Below the pieces are notes generated by a model that was not told the DNA's origin, ran no database searches, and saw only the letters and a list, made by a program, of their open reading frames with translations. Source: Naegleria gruberi (Eukaryota). From it: DNA of 64,000 nt. Location of the stretch: NCBI GenBank assembly GCA_000004985.1, contig GG738876.1; one strand, written 5' to 3'. This document shows positions 46,473 to 57,898 of the stretch, piece by piece. Within the stretch, counting starts at the first letter, position 1, and each line of letters starts with the position of its first letter. The position numbers and the translations under genes are program-made.

Positions 46473-48080
46473 TTATTCGAAAAATTCATCTTCATTCTGT
46501 AAGGAAAAGTTTTGGTACAGAGAACTATTATTGTTGTTATCCTCATCTGAAAAGATCTTGTCAAAATCTAGTTCGTCTGAATTATACTGGGATTGAGTTT
46601 GTTGGATTGTAGTATTGAGGGATTGATTTAAATTTTGTGGAGTAATTTCTCGGAACAGAGCTTCTAATGAAGGATCTTCAACTTCTCCAGATGAAATAAT
46701 GACAGATTGATCACCTCCAACATTAGATGGTTTCTTGTTATCCTCTTCTTTTCTTCTCATTAGTTCCTCTTTTTCCTTTTCCCAAGCTTGCTTTTCAAGT
46801 TCAAAAATTTTTCTTTGTACGAAAATGTCCTGCTCAATCGGTATGTACCTATCTAGTTCTCTAAAGATAACATCATTAACATGTTTTTCAGCAATTTTTG
46901 CTTGTTTTGAAAACTTTTCTGCTACACTCTTAATTTTTTCATCCCAATTTGGATCTTTCTTAATGGAATAGTAAAATGCTTCTTTGAATGGTTCTAATCT
47001 TTTAATCGAATCGTCTATCGAACGGAAAGGTGTCTTGTAATCAGGATCGAGAGCTAATTTCTTTTTATCCTTTTGGGAATACATATCATGATTTTGATTA
47101 GCATTGTTCATAGTAACAAATGAATTTCCTGGTTGGTTTGGATTAAAACCCTCAATCTTAGTGCCCACAACAGGTTCAGTTTTAAAAGGAGGATGACGTA
47201 CAGGGTTATTTACAGGGTTGTTTGCTAATATATTAATATTTGAAGACATATTCATAGTATTTGGTTGGGAGGATATTATTTGATTATTGGTTACAGGATT
47301 ATTTAAATTTAGCATACCATTTGGCGTTATAGTTGAGTTACCATTTTGATGTATTAGATTTGGAGGAGGTGTAGAGGCACTAGATGTTGGAGTAGATCGT
47401 TGAATTGAAGATGCTGAAGGTTGATGAATATTTACATGAGTAGTTGTAGTATTATTATTGTTTGGTGTAACATTCATATTCATAGCACCTGTATTTGATC
47501 CTTGTAATAAAGTTTGAATCAAGTTTGGATTCATGATTATAGCTTGCAACATTTGTGGTGTAATATTCACTCCACTACTGTGCAATGCTTGAAGTAATTG
47601 AAAAATTTGAGGATTGTTCTGTAATTGGAAGAGTAAAGGCATGAGTGTAGGATTACCTTGACTTGCTTGCATTAAAGCCATCAGCATACTATTTGGATTT
47701 CCTGATTGTGGATTGGTATTAGTATTGGGGGTATTGTTAACAGAAGGAATAACATTAGATGTTGTTGTTGTTGTTGATGTGGAAGTAGGAGTAGAAGCTC
47801 TAACAAGTCCCATCACGCCATTATTACTGTTGTTATTAGCAGATGTAGAGGGTGTGTTAAAGTTTCCTGTCATATTATTTTGTCCTCCTTGAAATCCAGC
47901 TAAATTTGATGGATTAATTCCCATCATTCCATTGCCCATACCTCCACTACTATTACCTCCTTGTTGATTCAACAACATGAAAGGATTTATCATACCTCCC
48001 ATTTGTTGTTGTTGTTGAAGAATTTGTTGTATTTGTAATTGACTTAGATTATTGTTGTTACCATTACCGTTTGGATTCAT
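46473..48080 (-). CDS. Q/N/T-rich nuclear-type protein with a C-terminal GLTSCR1 (BICRA)-like motif.
   Basis: 'LDPDYKTPFRSIDDSIKRLEPF' resembles the GLTSCR1 core 'DY.TPF.S.EDAV.RLLPYH'. The rest is poly-Q/N/T low complexity. Confidence 0.3.
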   Translation of the reverse strand: MNPNGNGNNNNLSQLQIQQILQQQQQMGGMINPFMLLNQQGGNSSGGMGNGMMGINPSNLAGFQGGQNNMTGNFNTPSTSANNNSNNGVMGLVRASTPTSTSTTTTTSNVIPSVNNTPNTNTNPQSGNPNSMLMALMQASQGNPTLMPLLFQLQNNPQIFQLLQALHSSGVNITPQMLQAIIMNPNLIQTLLQGSNTGAMNMNVTPNNNNTTTTHVNIHQPSASSIQRSTPTSSASTPPPNLIHQNGNSTITPNGMLNLNNPVTNNQIISSQPNTMNMSSNINILANNPVNNPVRHPPFKTEPVVGTKIEGFNPNQPGNSFVTMNNANQNHDMYSQKDKKKLALDPDYKTPFRSIDDSIKRLEPFKEAFYYSIKKDPNWDEKIKSVAEKFSKQAKIAEKHVNDVIFRELDRYIPIEQDIFVQRKIFELEKQAWEKEKEELMRRKEEDNKKPSNVGGDQSVIISSGEVEDPSLEALFREITPQNLNQSLNTTIQQTQSQYNSDELDFDKIFSDEDNNNNSSLYQNFSLQNEDEFFE

Positions 48081-50126
48081 TTTTCATTGGATATTAGTAG
48101 TAGCTCGTATTGTTGTTGTTATTGTTGGAAATTAAAGATGATGATCAAAGTAAATAATGGTTATTGTTGGAATAAAAAACTAGTAATAAAAATAGTTATT
48201 GTATATAGAATAGGTGTAACAAAAACACTCTTTAGGAGAGTTGAGGACTGGTTCAATTGGTGTTAATGTTCAAACTCTTGTACTTTAGTGCCGATATTCT
48301 CTAAAAATAGGAATATTACTTTCACCCTTGTACGCGAAATAAAACTTAGGTTTAAATAGATTGAAGGAAAAGGTGCCGAGAAGTACTATCTAGTAACACT
48401 CAACATAAACCGCCAGATTAATAACAGTTATCAATCAACTTTTTAAATTGGTAACCACTCTTTTCTGACTCAAGATAATAAACTTGTTCACTATGTAAAA
48501 AAATCAGAGAAAAAAAGATCTATAAAACCAATTCCAATTATTATTTTCTGATGATGTTTTTAAAAACTTCCTTGCTGCCAAATAATAATGATGATGGCTA
48601 TTCTCTTTGACAAAAAATTGGAGGGAAGATTATTTTTTGCTTGGCCGTTTTTTTTAAAATATTAATATTAAAAATTAAATTGCATTTGTATCAGAAGCAC
48701 ACAAGTTGCTCTGGCTTGTCTTATTTTTCATCACCCAACAAGATTTCATAAACAACTGTTTAATCATCTTCGGAAGAAAATCTCATTTCCTGAACCTGAT
48801 ACTACCTTGTAATAATGTCCAATTAGAGTTCTGTTCCTTGTTTGTTTTTTTTTGAGAGATGAACGTTTTCTCGTAATGAAAGCTAGATTTTGGAAAAAAC
48901 GGACTGGTTTTGAATCCAAACAACAAGACAATCCGAGAGAAAAGTCCAATGCAATACCTACGGATGATTTTATGTGTATGCTTGGTGTTGTTTGTTCAAG
49001 ATCGGTGATGTGTACCTTTGCTCTCCGCATGTAGTCGACGACGTTATGCAAATGTGAGACCTGAATGTTGTTGTTTCGACTTGTTGGTAATTAAAGCTGA
49101 GATTGATTAAGATTTCACCTAGAATGCAACATTAGAATTTGTGGAGTTAGATGCAGGTGAAAATCTTGGGTTCAATCTCAAAACTTTGACACATTGGCGA
49201 GGAGTGCTGTTAAGCAGAGACATAAAAACAAATTTTCAAACAGTAGACTGCACCCTTTGAAATGTACCCAGAAAATGCCAAATTCAAATTATATAACAAA
49301 ATAGCATCAAAAAACATCAAAATGTTAAAGAAACAATGACCCCCTAAAATACACAAACCGAATCATTGGAGCTATTCACCATTTGCAAATCTGTAGACTA
49401 AAAAGCAACATTTCTATGTGAATAGAACTGGCATTTTTACATCTCCAACTGAGAAAAGAGTTAATTGGCGAATAATTGGTAAGGAAACAATAATCTTTTA
49501 CAGATTCATTAAAGATCCAAAGAAAACAACCTTTCCTCAATAACAGTCGTTTCCCTTTTTACTGTTAGAATTGTCTAAAGCGAAATTAGATTCGAATCTC
49601 GAATAGAATGGCAAAGAAAATCTACAGAGGAAAAACTGAGCAAGGCTAAATGAAACCACAAAAAGTCTTCTTTTAAAAAAGGTACAAGACAAAACTAATC
49701 AATTAGTGAAACAACGCCCTATATTGGGCGAAATTAACGATTTGACTCGTTCCTGAAGCTGTCATTTTTGAAATCTGTAGATTGAGATGATAATTTTCGG
49801 CCCCTTAATTTCTATAGAAAGACTTCTCAATGCAAATCTGCTTGTAAGAAAATTGGCGTAATTTACAGAGATTGATATTTGTTGTCAGTTAACTGAATAC
49901 AAATGCCTCATAAAGAGCAATATTTTTACCATTTGTAAATTCTGAGCACAGGGTAATTTTTTTAGCTTTGAGAAAGGCCAAGCTGTCATCCTTCAATAAT
50001 CATTAAGTAGTTAATGAACCATCTTCAAGAAGCAATTAACACTTTAATACTGTGCGATAGGCTTCGTTGTTACCATTTCAAAATAAACCGAAGCCTCTGA
50101 ACCAACAAAACAACAGGTAAAAAAAT

Positions 50127-52919
50127 ATGTCTCTAAAGGAACCAATGACTTCTTGCGTTCCTGATGCTCTCCAAAGTGTATTGCCGTCATCTCATCAACA
50201 CAAAGCTGGTGATGGTATGATTTGTAATAGGAATGATATTGTTCCAAATTTCAATCATGTTCTTCAACAGGGAACAAGAACATGTGGCCAAATTTCTATC
50301 ATAGACAACAGTAAAAATTCAAACAAACATTTAAGTGAAGAGTTCCTACAACAACATCCAAAGTCCTTGTTTGGCATACATGCCAATAGTAATTTTCTTT
50401 ACTGTCATAATCAATTTGATGATGGTGCCAAAGAAATTACTTGTAACAATATGTTCAATAGACCAAACACATGTACAGAGACCCAAATAAGACAATCAAT
50501 AATCTCGAAGGAAATGGAGATGCATGACAACACAATGGACACTGCTCTTCCTCCATTACGATTTAACATAACTGACCTTAATGAATCAAATTCACCACAT
50601 TTGTCGAGATGCAGCCTACAGCAAAAAATTGAAGTATCCTTCACAAGTCAAAAGTTGAAAGATGAATCAAGAAGATCACCACCAACCTCACAAGGTGCAT
50701 CATCATGCATAACTAGGAATAATAGAGAACCAAATGCAAACTCTGACCTTGCATCTTTAAATATGGAAAGTTCAAACTACAGACCCCTACCTTACGAATA
50801 TGTTCCATCTGTACAGTCAAGCCTTAAATCAGAACCGCTAACAACCAAACATAACATTTACAGAGGAGGAAAAACAAATCTGTCACCACCTGATTTAGGT
50901 ATCACGACTAACAATGATACAACGCTCAATTCTCTAAGGTCGCCTCCCCAACGCCAACAACAACAAGACCAGCACCAAGAGCAAAATCATTCTTTGGGAA
51001 CTCGGGATGATCAGCAAGTAGTCAACGACACAAACAGAACCACCAAATATTCATTTCAACAAATGCAAAAACAACCACCTCTGGTAGAGATGAATCCTGT
51101 CGCTAGTGGTGGATCTTTTGCAACTAAGCAGCTTAGTACTCCTCCTACTCGTAACAACAACAACAATACAAGTACTCATAGTATGATGAGTCAGAGTAGT
51201 TGTACTCCAATTGCTTCTTCAAATCCTCTCTATTCATATAATCATCAACAATCCGCATCTCTTAATAACACTTGCCCACCACCTGCTAATTCATCAGCTC
51301 ATAATCCTCCTTACAGCAATAATAATTTGCTCATGGTATCACAACCACACCATAATTCCTACAGAAATCTTCCTTCAACAATATCACGTGCTTCAACAGC
51401 AACAGGATCAACACTCAGAGATCATGATACAGTGATACAAAGTTCAGCCTCTTCCCTACTACTCCTATCAGAACAAAAACAACCATCTTATATTGGTGGT
51501 GGTTTGATAGCTAATGATTCCGCTAGAAGTTTAGAAGCTGTTGCTGCTGTTCCTGTTGCCCAGGGCTGTACTAGTGAGAGAATCCCTACAACCCAATCAT
51601 CCTTGCATTATTCATCCATTCCACACTCTTCCTCTTCTTTACTGGGCAAAAAGCAAAGAATGACTTCAACAATAACTGCGAGTACTAATATTCCTCAATC
51701 ATCTTTGAACGCTCCTCAACAACCAACTAATCCTCTCTCCAATAATAATTCAATCAAACCTCACCAAACAACTAATATTAAGTTTCATCTCCTTGATGAT
51801 CCAAATCTTAAACAAGATGAGCATAGAAGCAATTTTGTAAGAATTGATGAGGAACAGATACGAAAAGTATTCCATCTTACTCAGAGACAAGCAGCTGCTT
51901 TTTTAGGAGTTAGTTTATCTACACTCAAAAGACGATTCTATGAAATGAGAGAAAGTTTAGGAATGGATAAGTGGCCTACTACAGCAAATGGTACTACAAC
52001 AATACCAGCAACACAAACTAGTGCATGTGTTGTTGGCCCAACCAATTCATCTTCGAGTAATTTGAGTAACAACAATGCAACTTCAAGAAATAATAAGGGG
52101 TCTAGAAAGAATTCTCTTCAATCTGATCAAACTTTGAATATTCCAACAACTCCTCTTACGAATTTGAATGATAATCATTCCTCCTATCATATTGATCCAT
52201 ATAACAATGCTTCCTCCCGTAGAACATCAGTAACTTCTCAAGACGAGTTTACTTATCAAAAAATTGGAACACCACATAATGGAAATTCCTCAATAATGAA
52301 TCAAAATAATCATTCTTCGTATTTACCTCAATCAACAAATAATCTCCCTGCTGTAAATATTTCACTTCCTCCAATAGTTACTTCCCCTTATTCTAACCCA
52401 ACTTCAAAACCCCAACTTCCAAACAATGATAGTCTCGACAATTTTCTTTCTAGGTATGCTCCTAAATCTTTCGATGATATTGCCCAAGATTCTGACAAGT
52501 GCCTTCCAGTTTCAACCACTTTAAAGAGAAGAACCAATGTTTTTGGGCAAGGTCATGATCCAATTCTTATTGCTAAAATGTTTTCTGAAGAGACAACAAC
52601 TAGTAATTCAAGAAAAAGATCCTATCCAAATATTTCTACAATTGAAAATAAGGAATTTGAGAAGGACAGTTACTCATCTCAATTACCAAGACATTCCAGT
52701 TTCAGTAGTCAAGGAAGTATGGATGGCTCATTTGAACCACCAAGAAAAGTCAACAAGGCATTCCCAATTAATAAGAGAGGAAGCACAGACGAAAATGCAG
52801 AACCAAAAACAAATAATCCATCCAACATGAGTTTTATCCTCAATGAAGGAGTTAAGGACCCAACTCATCTTGATAAGGAAGAATGGAATACACTAATGGA
52901 AGCATTTAAAAAACAATAA
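50127..52919 (+). CDS. RWP-RK-like (variant 'KWP') putative transcription regulator. 930 aa, S/N/Q-rich.
   Basis: 'IDEEQIRKVFHLTQRQAAAFLGVSLSTLKRRFYEMRESLGMDKWP' fits the RWP-RK helix-turn-helix pattern (..AA..LGV.LT.LKR.CR..GI.RWP). Confidence 0.6.
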   Translation: MSLKEPMTSCVPDALQSVLPSSHQHKAGDGMICNRNDIVPNFNHVLQQGTRTCGQISIIDNSKNSNKHLSEEFLQQHPKSLFGIHANSNFLYCHNQFDDGAKEITCNNMFNRPNTCTETQIRQSIISKEMEMHDNTMDTALPPLRFNITDLNESNSPHLSRCSLQQKIEVSFTSQKLKDESRRSPPTSQGASSCITRNNREPNANSDLASLNMESSNYRPLPYEYVPSVQSSLKSEPLTTKHNIYRGGKTNLSPPDLGITTNNDTTLNSLRSPPQRQQQQDQHQEQNHSLGTRDDQQVVNDTNRTTKYSFQQMQKQPPLVEMNPVASGGSFATKQLSTPPTRNNNNNTSTHSMMSQSSCTPIASSNPLYSYNHQQSASLNNTCPPPANSSAHNPPYSNNNLLMVSQPHHNSYRNLPSTISRASTATGSTLRDHDTVIQSSASSLLLLSEQKQPSYIGGGLIANDSARSLEAVAAVPVAQGCTSERIPTTQSSLHYSSIPHSSSSLLGKKQRMTSTITASTNIPQSSLNAPQQPTNPLSNNNSIKPHQTTNIKFHLLDDPNLKQDEHRSNFVRIDEEQIRKVFHLTQRQAAAFLGVSLSTLKRRFYEMRESLGMDKWPTTANGTTTIPATQTSACVVGPTNSSSSNLSNNNATSRNNKGSRKNSLQSDQTLNIPTTPLTNLNDNHSSYHIDPYNNASSRRTSVTSQDEFTYQKIGTPHNGNSSIMNQNNHSSYLPQSTNNLPAVNISLPPIVTSPYSNPTSKPQLPNNDSLDNFLSRYAPKSFDDIAQDSDKCLPVSTTLKRRTNVFGQGHDPILIAKMFSEETTTSNSRKRSYPNISTIENKEFEKDSYSSQLPRHSSFSSQGSMDGSFEPPRKVNKAFPINKRGSTDENAEPKTNNPSNMSFILNEGVKDPTHLDKEEWNTLMEAFKKQ

Positions 52920-53163
52920 AGCATAATACGCTTTAATATATTTTGTTTTAATTCTTGTAATGATTCATTACAAAAAACAACACTCTTCAAAACCTACCTT
53001 TATTGAGGCGAAATTGTGGTATTACCCTGATTTGTAACTTTCATTTGAAGATGAAATTACCGTTTATCGGCGCCTTCAACAAAAATCAATAGCCAAAAAA
53101 AAACGTTACCTACAAGCAAAAAGACTCTCACAGTTGTAGACAACACGTTAAAGATTCTTTTTC

Positions 53164-55236
53164 ATGTCATCAACAATGAACAACAGCAACAGGGAGGAGG
53201 TAACGCCTCTGATACAGAACACTACTAGTGTAGTATCATCAACATCGATAAATAATGGCAATTATCAACAACAAGACACAACACTGATTAGGAGGAATGT
53301 ATCTCCTTCTACATTAAAAAGAGCTGATATTGGAAAAGACTATTATACAGACAATCATAGTAATCGCTCTAGCTCTAGTGATTTATCTAACCTCGAGAAA
53401 CAACCAATTTACAAAGCTAAAGGAACTAAAAAACAAAAATTTCTATTCCATTTCTTTAATATTTCATGCCCACTTTTCATTGTAGTACTGGTTGCTTTAG
53501 GACTGGGAGTGGGATTGATTTTTATACTGTCGAGGACACAAACTGAAGTACAACCAACTGGTACTAGGGCCGCTGTGGCAAGTGATAGTACGATTTGTTC
53601 CGAAATGGGATTGAAAGTCATAAAGGAAAAGAAAGGAAATGCTGTTGATGCAGCCATTGTAGTTGCTTTATGTTTGGGTGTCACTAGACCATTTGCTAGT
53701 GGAATAGGTGGAGGTGGATTTATTACTATTTTCATGAATGAAACAAAGACTGTGGATTTTATTAATTCAAGAGAAACTGCTCCTAGTGCTGCCAGTCAGG
53801 ATATGTATGAAAATAATTATGATGAAAGCGTATTTGGTGGAAAGTCCATTGCTGTTTATGGAGAAATTAGAGGATTACATACAGCTCACAAACTCTATGG
53901 TAAATTACCTTGGAAGGAGTTATTCACTGATGTTATCAATATTGCCAGAAATGGTTGGATTGTTGAGCCGTTGTTGGCTGTGCGATTATCACAGGATGAT
54001 ATTCTTAAATTCCCAACATTGGTACAATTTACAACCATTGGTTCTGATGGAAAGAGAAGAGTTTATCATGAAGGTGAATTAATTAAGAGAACTGATTTGG
54101 CAAATACTTTGGAGAAAATTGCTTCAGATGGTCCAAACATTCTCTATGAAGGTCCAATTGCTCAAAAGATTGTAGAAGAAATACAACAACAAGGTGGCAT
54201 TATTACATTGGATGATTTGAAGAACTATCAACCTGAAAGACCTTTCTATGATGAAAATCCAATTATTTCTCAAAAAGACATGACATTGGAATTGAATGAT
54301 TTTAAGGTGATTTTACCTCCACCACCATCTGCTGGACCTGTTATCAAGTTTATTTTGAGTATTTTGAATAATTTCAAGATTGGTGATAATTCACCAATGG
54401 GTCTTAACTATCACTATATTTTGGAAGCTTTGAAATTTGGATTTGGACATAGATCCAATCTAGGAGATGTTAATTTCTTACCTAAGGAAAATGTTACAAA
54501 ATATATCATTAATCAATTACTAAGTGATAGTTATGCCTCTAGTATTGCATCTGAGAGGGTTTCTCCATCAAGAACATTCCCATGGTCACATTATTATTCA
54601 GATAATTATGCACCTGTTAAGGATAAGGGTACATCCCATTTCTCTGTTATTGATGAAGATGGAAACTCTGTTGCCATGACCACTACAGTCAACCATAACT
54701 TTGGAAGTAAGGTTGCTAGTGCATCAACAGGTATTGTCTTTAATAACCAAATGAATGATTTCACAGTAGATCTTCACAAACCAAATCAATTCGGATTACC
54801 ACCATCTGCAGCTAATGTTATTGCTCCAGGCAAACGACCATTGAGCTCAATGTCACCTGCTATTTTCCTTGATAAGAGTGGAAATAGGGTCAAGTATATT
54901 ATTGGAGCTTCAGGAGGACCAACAATTATCAGTGCAATTATTGAAGTTTTTTATTCAATTGAAAAGTTTAAAGTCCAACCAAATCTCGCAGTTGCACTTC
55001 CAAGACTTCATGCTCAACCTGGTTCAGATGTAGTCAAAATGGAAGAGGGTTTCAATAGACAAGTTATCACTGCTCTACAAGAAAAGGGACATACCTTTGA
55101 ACCTGTTCAAATTCTTCCAGATGGCCATACTATAGGATGCTGTCAAGTCATTCAAGTTAGCAGCACTGAAAATGACCAAAATCTTTTCCTTCCTGGAACA
55201 GATCCAAGAAAATTAGGTAGTCCCGCTTGCTTTTAA
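53164..55236 (+). CDS. GGT: Gamma-glutamyltranspeptidase. Single exon with an N-terminal signal-anchor TM.
   Basis: 'GTSHFSVIDEDGNSVAMTTTVN' (catalytic Thr at the autocleavage site), 'GIGGGGF', 'ASGGPTIISAI' and 'PSSMSPAIF' are GGT motifs. TM 'FIVVLVALGLGVGLIFIL' lies near the N-terminus. Confidence 0.9.
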   Translation: MSSTMNNSNREEVTPLIQNTTSVVSSTSINNGNYQQQDTTLIRRNVSPSTLKRADIGKDYYTDNHSNRSSSSDLSNLEKQPIYKAKGTKKQKFLFHFFNISCPLFIVVLVALGLGVGLIFILSRTQTEVQPTGTRAAVASDSTICSEMGLKVIKEKKGNAVDAAIVVALCLGVTRPFASGIGGGGFITIFMNETKTVDFINSRETAPSAASQDMYENNYDESVFGGKSIAVYGEIRGLHTAHKLYGKLPWKELFTDVINIARNGWIVEPLLAVRLSQDDILKFPTLVQFTTIGSDGKRRVYHEGELIKRTDLANTLEKIASDGPNILYEGPIAQKIVEEIQQQGGIITLDDLKNYQPERPFYDENPIISQKDMTLELNDFKVILPPPPSAGPVIKFILSILNNFKIGDNSPMGLNYHYILEALKFGFGHRSNLGDVNFLPKENVTKYIINQLLSDSYASSIASERVSPSRTFPWSHYYSDNYAPVKDKGTSHFSVIDEDGNSVAMTTTVNHNFGSKVASASTGIVFNNQMNDFTVDLHKPNQFGLPPSAANVIAPGKRPLSSMSPAIFLDKSGNRVKYIIGASGGPTIISAIIEVFYSIEKFKVQPNLAVALPRLHAQPGSDVVKMEEGFNRQVITALQEKGHTFEPVQILPDGHTIGCCQVIQVSSTENDQNLFLPGTDPRKLGSPACF

Positions 55237-55770
55237 TAAATACCTTTTAAGGTGTATAGGATTCTTTATAATTTCTCATCTGGTCAGAGATTCCTCAATT
55301 GCACATTTGCAACACTCTTGTATTAGAAAGGAGAATATTGAATAAGGATGTTGTCGTTGTTTTCATTGAGATAGAGATTAGAATTTTATTTGTGAATGTA
55401 AAACAAGGTAATTTTAGAGTCAATAAGGATGAGTTGAAAGAGATAGAGCTACTATGCGATTGTATCTTGATTTTCATGGATCCTGATGGTTTATGAAAAA
55501 ACCGAACTGGTATTTTGAAAATTGACCAAATTCGAATGCATATCCCAAAACACATTATCTTTCGACATTAATGGTCCATTACATCAATTCAATAAATACG
55601 AATCAAAGTCTCGCTTTAAATTGTACTATCACAATCCATCAAAATGTGTGTTTTTTTAACGCGACACGAATTGGATCCCTACATGTAATTCCATCTCTTC
55701 ACTGGTTTAGATACCATTCAATTACGATTTTTGTGAGCCCACACCACTTGTTTCTATTGAGTTTTTTACC

Positions 55771-57480
55771 TTGTACAGTCGAAAAAAACACCACAACACA
55801 ATAATGTTCCAATCTCAAATACCTTCTCAACAACTCTCAGCGATATGTATGAGAGAACAACAATCTCAACAGCCACAACAACATTATCCTAGAGATGCAT
55901 TAGAACTAAATCAACGATTCAAGGATCATCAACAATTTAAAGGTGATCATCCTTTTCATCACAAAGAGCTAGATTCATTAATTTATCAACAACCTCAACA
56001 ATACAATAAGGAAGATTTTGCTTTTCAAAACTCAGAAAACACTACAGCTCCATTAAATGTGATGGCAGTAATTTCAACAAGTTCCTCAATAGAACCAAGG
56101 TTAAGACTGGACATGTACAACAATGCATCTGGCCATTCCTCCTCGCAAGCGGCCACAGATTCAATCAAAATGGAAACAAAACAAGAGCTACCCATGCAGA
56201 TGCTCAATAAGGATAACAAAAATTCTCTCATAACCATGAGCACAACTCCCCATACTAATATTAACAGCAATAACCAACATGCAACTAATTTATTTCAACA
56301 TCATGTGAACATGCAGAATAATAACCATTCAGCTTCACCTATGAACCATCACCATTCTACAGATTCGATATCCTCACTCAATCATAATACTACAACATGT
56401 AAACAAAATTCTCAAAATTCCTCATGTCACATCCAACCATCCACTCAACAACAACCCTTCTTCCACAATTCACAGCCAATTAATCAAGAGACGCAACCAC
56501 AACAAAACACAGTTCAAGACAATTCAAAAAATAGGCCACAAAGGAGAAATAGTAACAGCTCCTGTTCTCCAAAGAAACGAACCACATTTGGGATGTCTAA
56601 TCATTATCAACAACAACATGTTGGTGGCACATCAGTAAGAGGTGATGGTGGCCAACAATCTTACATGCCATTTAATGCTTCTCCATCCAAATATAATAAC
56701 AATTTAAACACATCTACATGTGGTGAAATAATATCGAATAGCAATGGAACCACTTCTGAATATCATCAATTTATGAACAATAATTATTCATTGCAACAAC
56801 GAATTGAAACATCATCTCGATCAACAACTTCCCTACAAAATGTTTCTCCAATGCATGCTCAAAAGTCCGTGCAAGTTTCACCACCTCCATCTTCAAACAA
56901 CAGCACCACCACATTCAACATTCAACAGGAAAAGATTAAAAAACCAAGAAAAACCATCAAGAGAAAGTATCAATTCAAGAATGTCAAGTCAGGAGAGAAT
57001 GTTAGATCTAATTCCTCAAGTCCATCTTCTCCATCCTCCTCTCAGAATCAACATTCTAATGATTCTAAATGTAATTCCATTGAGACTGTATCCTATTATA
57101 CAACTACAGATGGAAAGGAATTGGATTTAACTGGCTATTATCAACATCAATTACAGTATACAACTTTTGATTTCTATAATAATTCATCAGTATCAATTGT
57201 AAAGGCAAATCCAACCTTTGATGTAAAGAGTTTCAAGAGGAGTGTTGATTCAATTTCAAAGGATGAATTACTCAGAGTTTTACATTTAACTCAACAACAG
57301 GCGAGTACAATATTGGGCTGCAGTGTTTCAACCATTAAAAGAAGATTTTATGGTTTGAGAAACGAGTTGGGTTTAACCAAGTGGCCAAATAATTACTTTG
57401 AATATAGTCATATGAAATTGTTTGAGGAGATTTATCCACTTTCCTTAAACTTTATTTTGAATAAGGGTGAGAGCAGATAG
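55771..57480 (+). CDS. Second RWP-RK-like regulator, a paralog of 50127..52919. The true start is possibly Met at 55804.
   Basis: 'ISKDELLRVLHLTQQQASTILGCSVSTIKRRFYGLRNELGLTKWP' is the same domain as in the other gene. The N-terminus is Q/N/H-rich. Confidence 0.6.
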   Translation: MYSRKKHHNTIMFQSQIPSQQLSAICMREQQSQQPQQHYPRDALELNQRFKDHQQFKGDHPFHHKELDSLIYQQPQQYNKEDFAFQNSENTTAPLNVMAVISTSSSIEPRLRLDMYNNASGHSSSQAATDSIKMETKQELPMQMLNKDNKNSLITMSTTPHTNINSNNQHATNLFQHHVNMQNNNHSASPMNHHHSTDSISSLNHNTTTCKQNSQNSSCHIQPSTQQQPFFHNSQPINQETQPQQNTVQDNSKNRPQRRNSNSSCSPKKRTTFGMSNHYQQQHVGGTSVRGDGGQQSYMPFNASPSKYNNNLNTSTCGEIISNSNGTTSEYHQFMNNNYSLQQRIETSSRSTTSLQNVSPMHAQKSVQVSPPPSSNNSTTTFNIQQEKIKKPRKTIKRKYQFKNVKSGENVRSNSSSPSSPSSSQNQHSNDSKCNSIETVSYYTTTDGKELDLTGYYQHQLQYTTFDFYNNSSVSIVKANPTFDVKSFKRSVDSISKDELLRVLHLTQQQASTILGCSVSTIKRRFYGLRNELGLTKWPNNYFEYSHMKLFEEIYPLSLNFILNKGESR

Positions 57481-57650
57481 CATGCTTTGCATGTGTTGAA
57501 TATTCAGATGTTAGTTTCGTTAACATCCATGCGTTACCTGAGCATGCATGATCATTATGCATGAGAACGACGTTGTATAGTGAATCTAAGATGCATGAGA
57601 TACTTGCATCATGTATGCAGGCTGAATCTCAAAATTAAGTTGGTTTGATT
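57481..57650. promoter_or_regulatory. Cluster of at least 6 (U)GCAUG/GCATGC motifs in the ~170 nt between the convergent 3' ends of the RWP-RK gene (+) and cyclase gene (-). Putative 3'-UTR cis element.
   Basis: Seen directly: agcatgctttgcatgtg, ccatgcg, gagcatgcatgatc, tatgcatgag, agatgcatgag, atgtatgcagg. Confidence 0.35.
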
Positions 57651-57898
57651 CTCATACTATAGGTCAGAGATATTCCAAAAAAAAAGAGTTCATTAAAGCC
57701 GTAATTTTCTAGAAATCGAAAAACCACATGTGGTTTTATACAATGAGCATGTCACCTGCTTATGGATAAATACTTGTCTTCAATACGAGTGAATCCTGCT
57801 TGTAAAGAAAAACTAATACCACTTCGGCATCAAGTGACTTTTTGATATTCATCCAGCACCAGGAAAGACTAAGAACCTTACAGATACAAATCACATAT

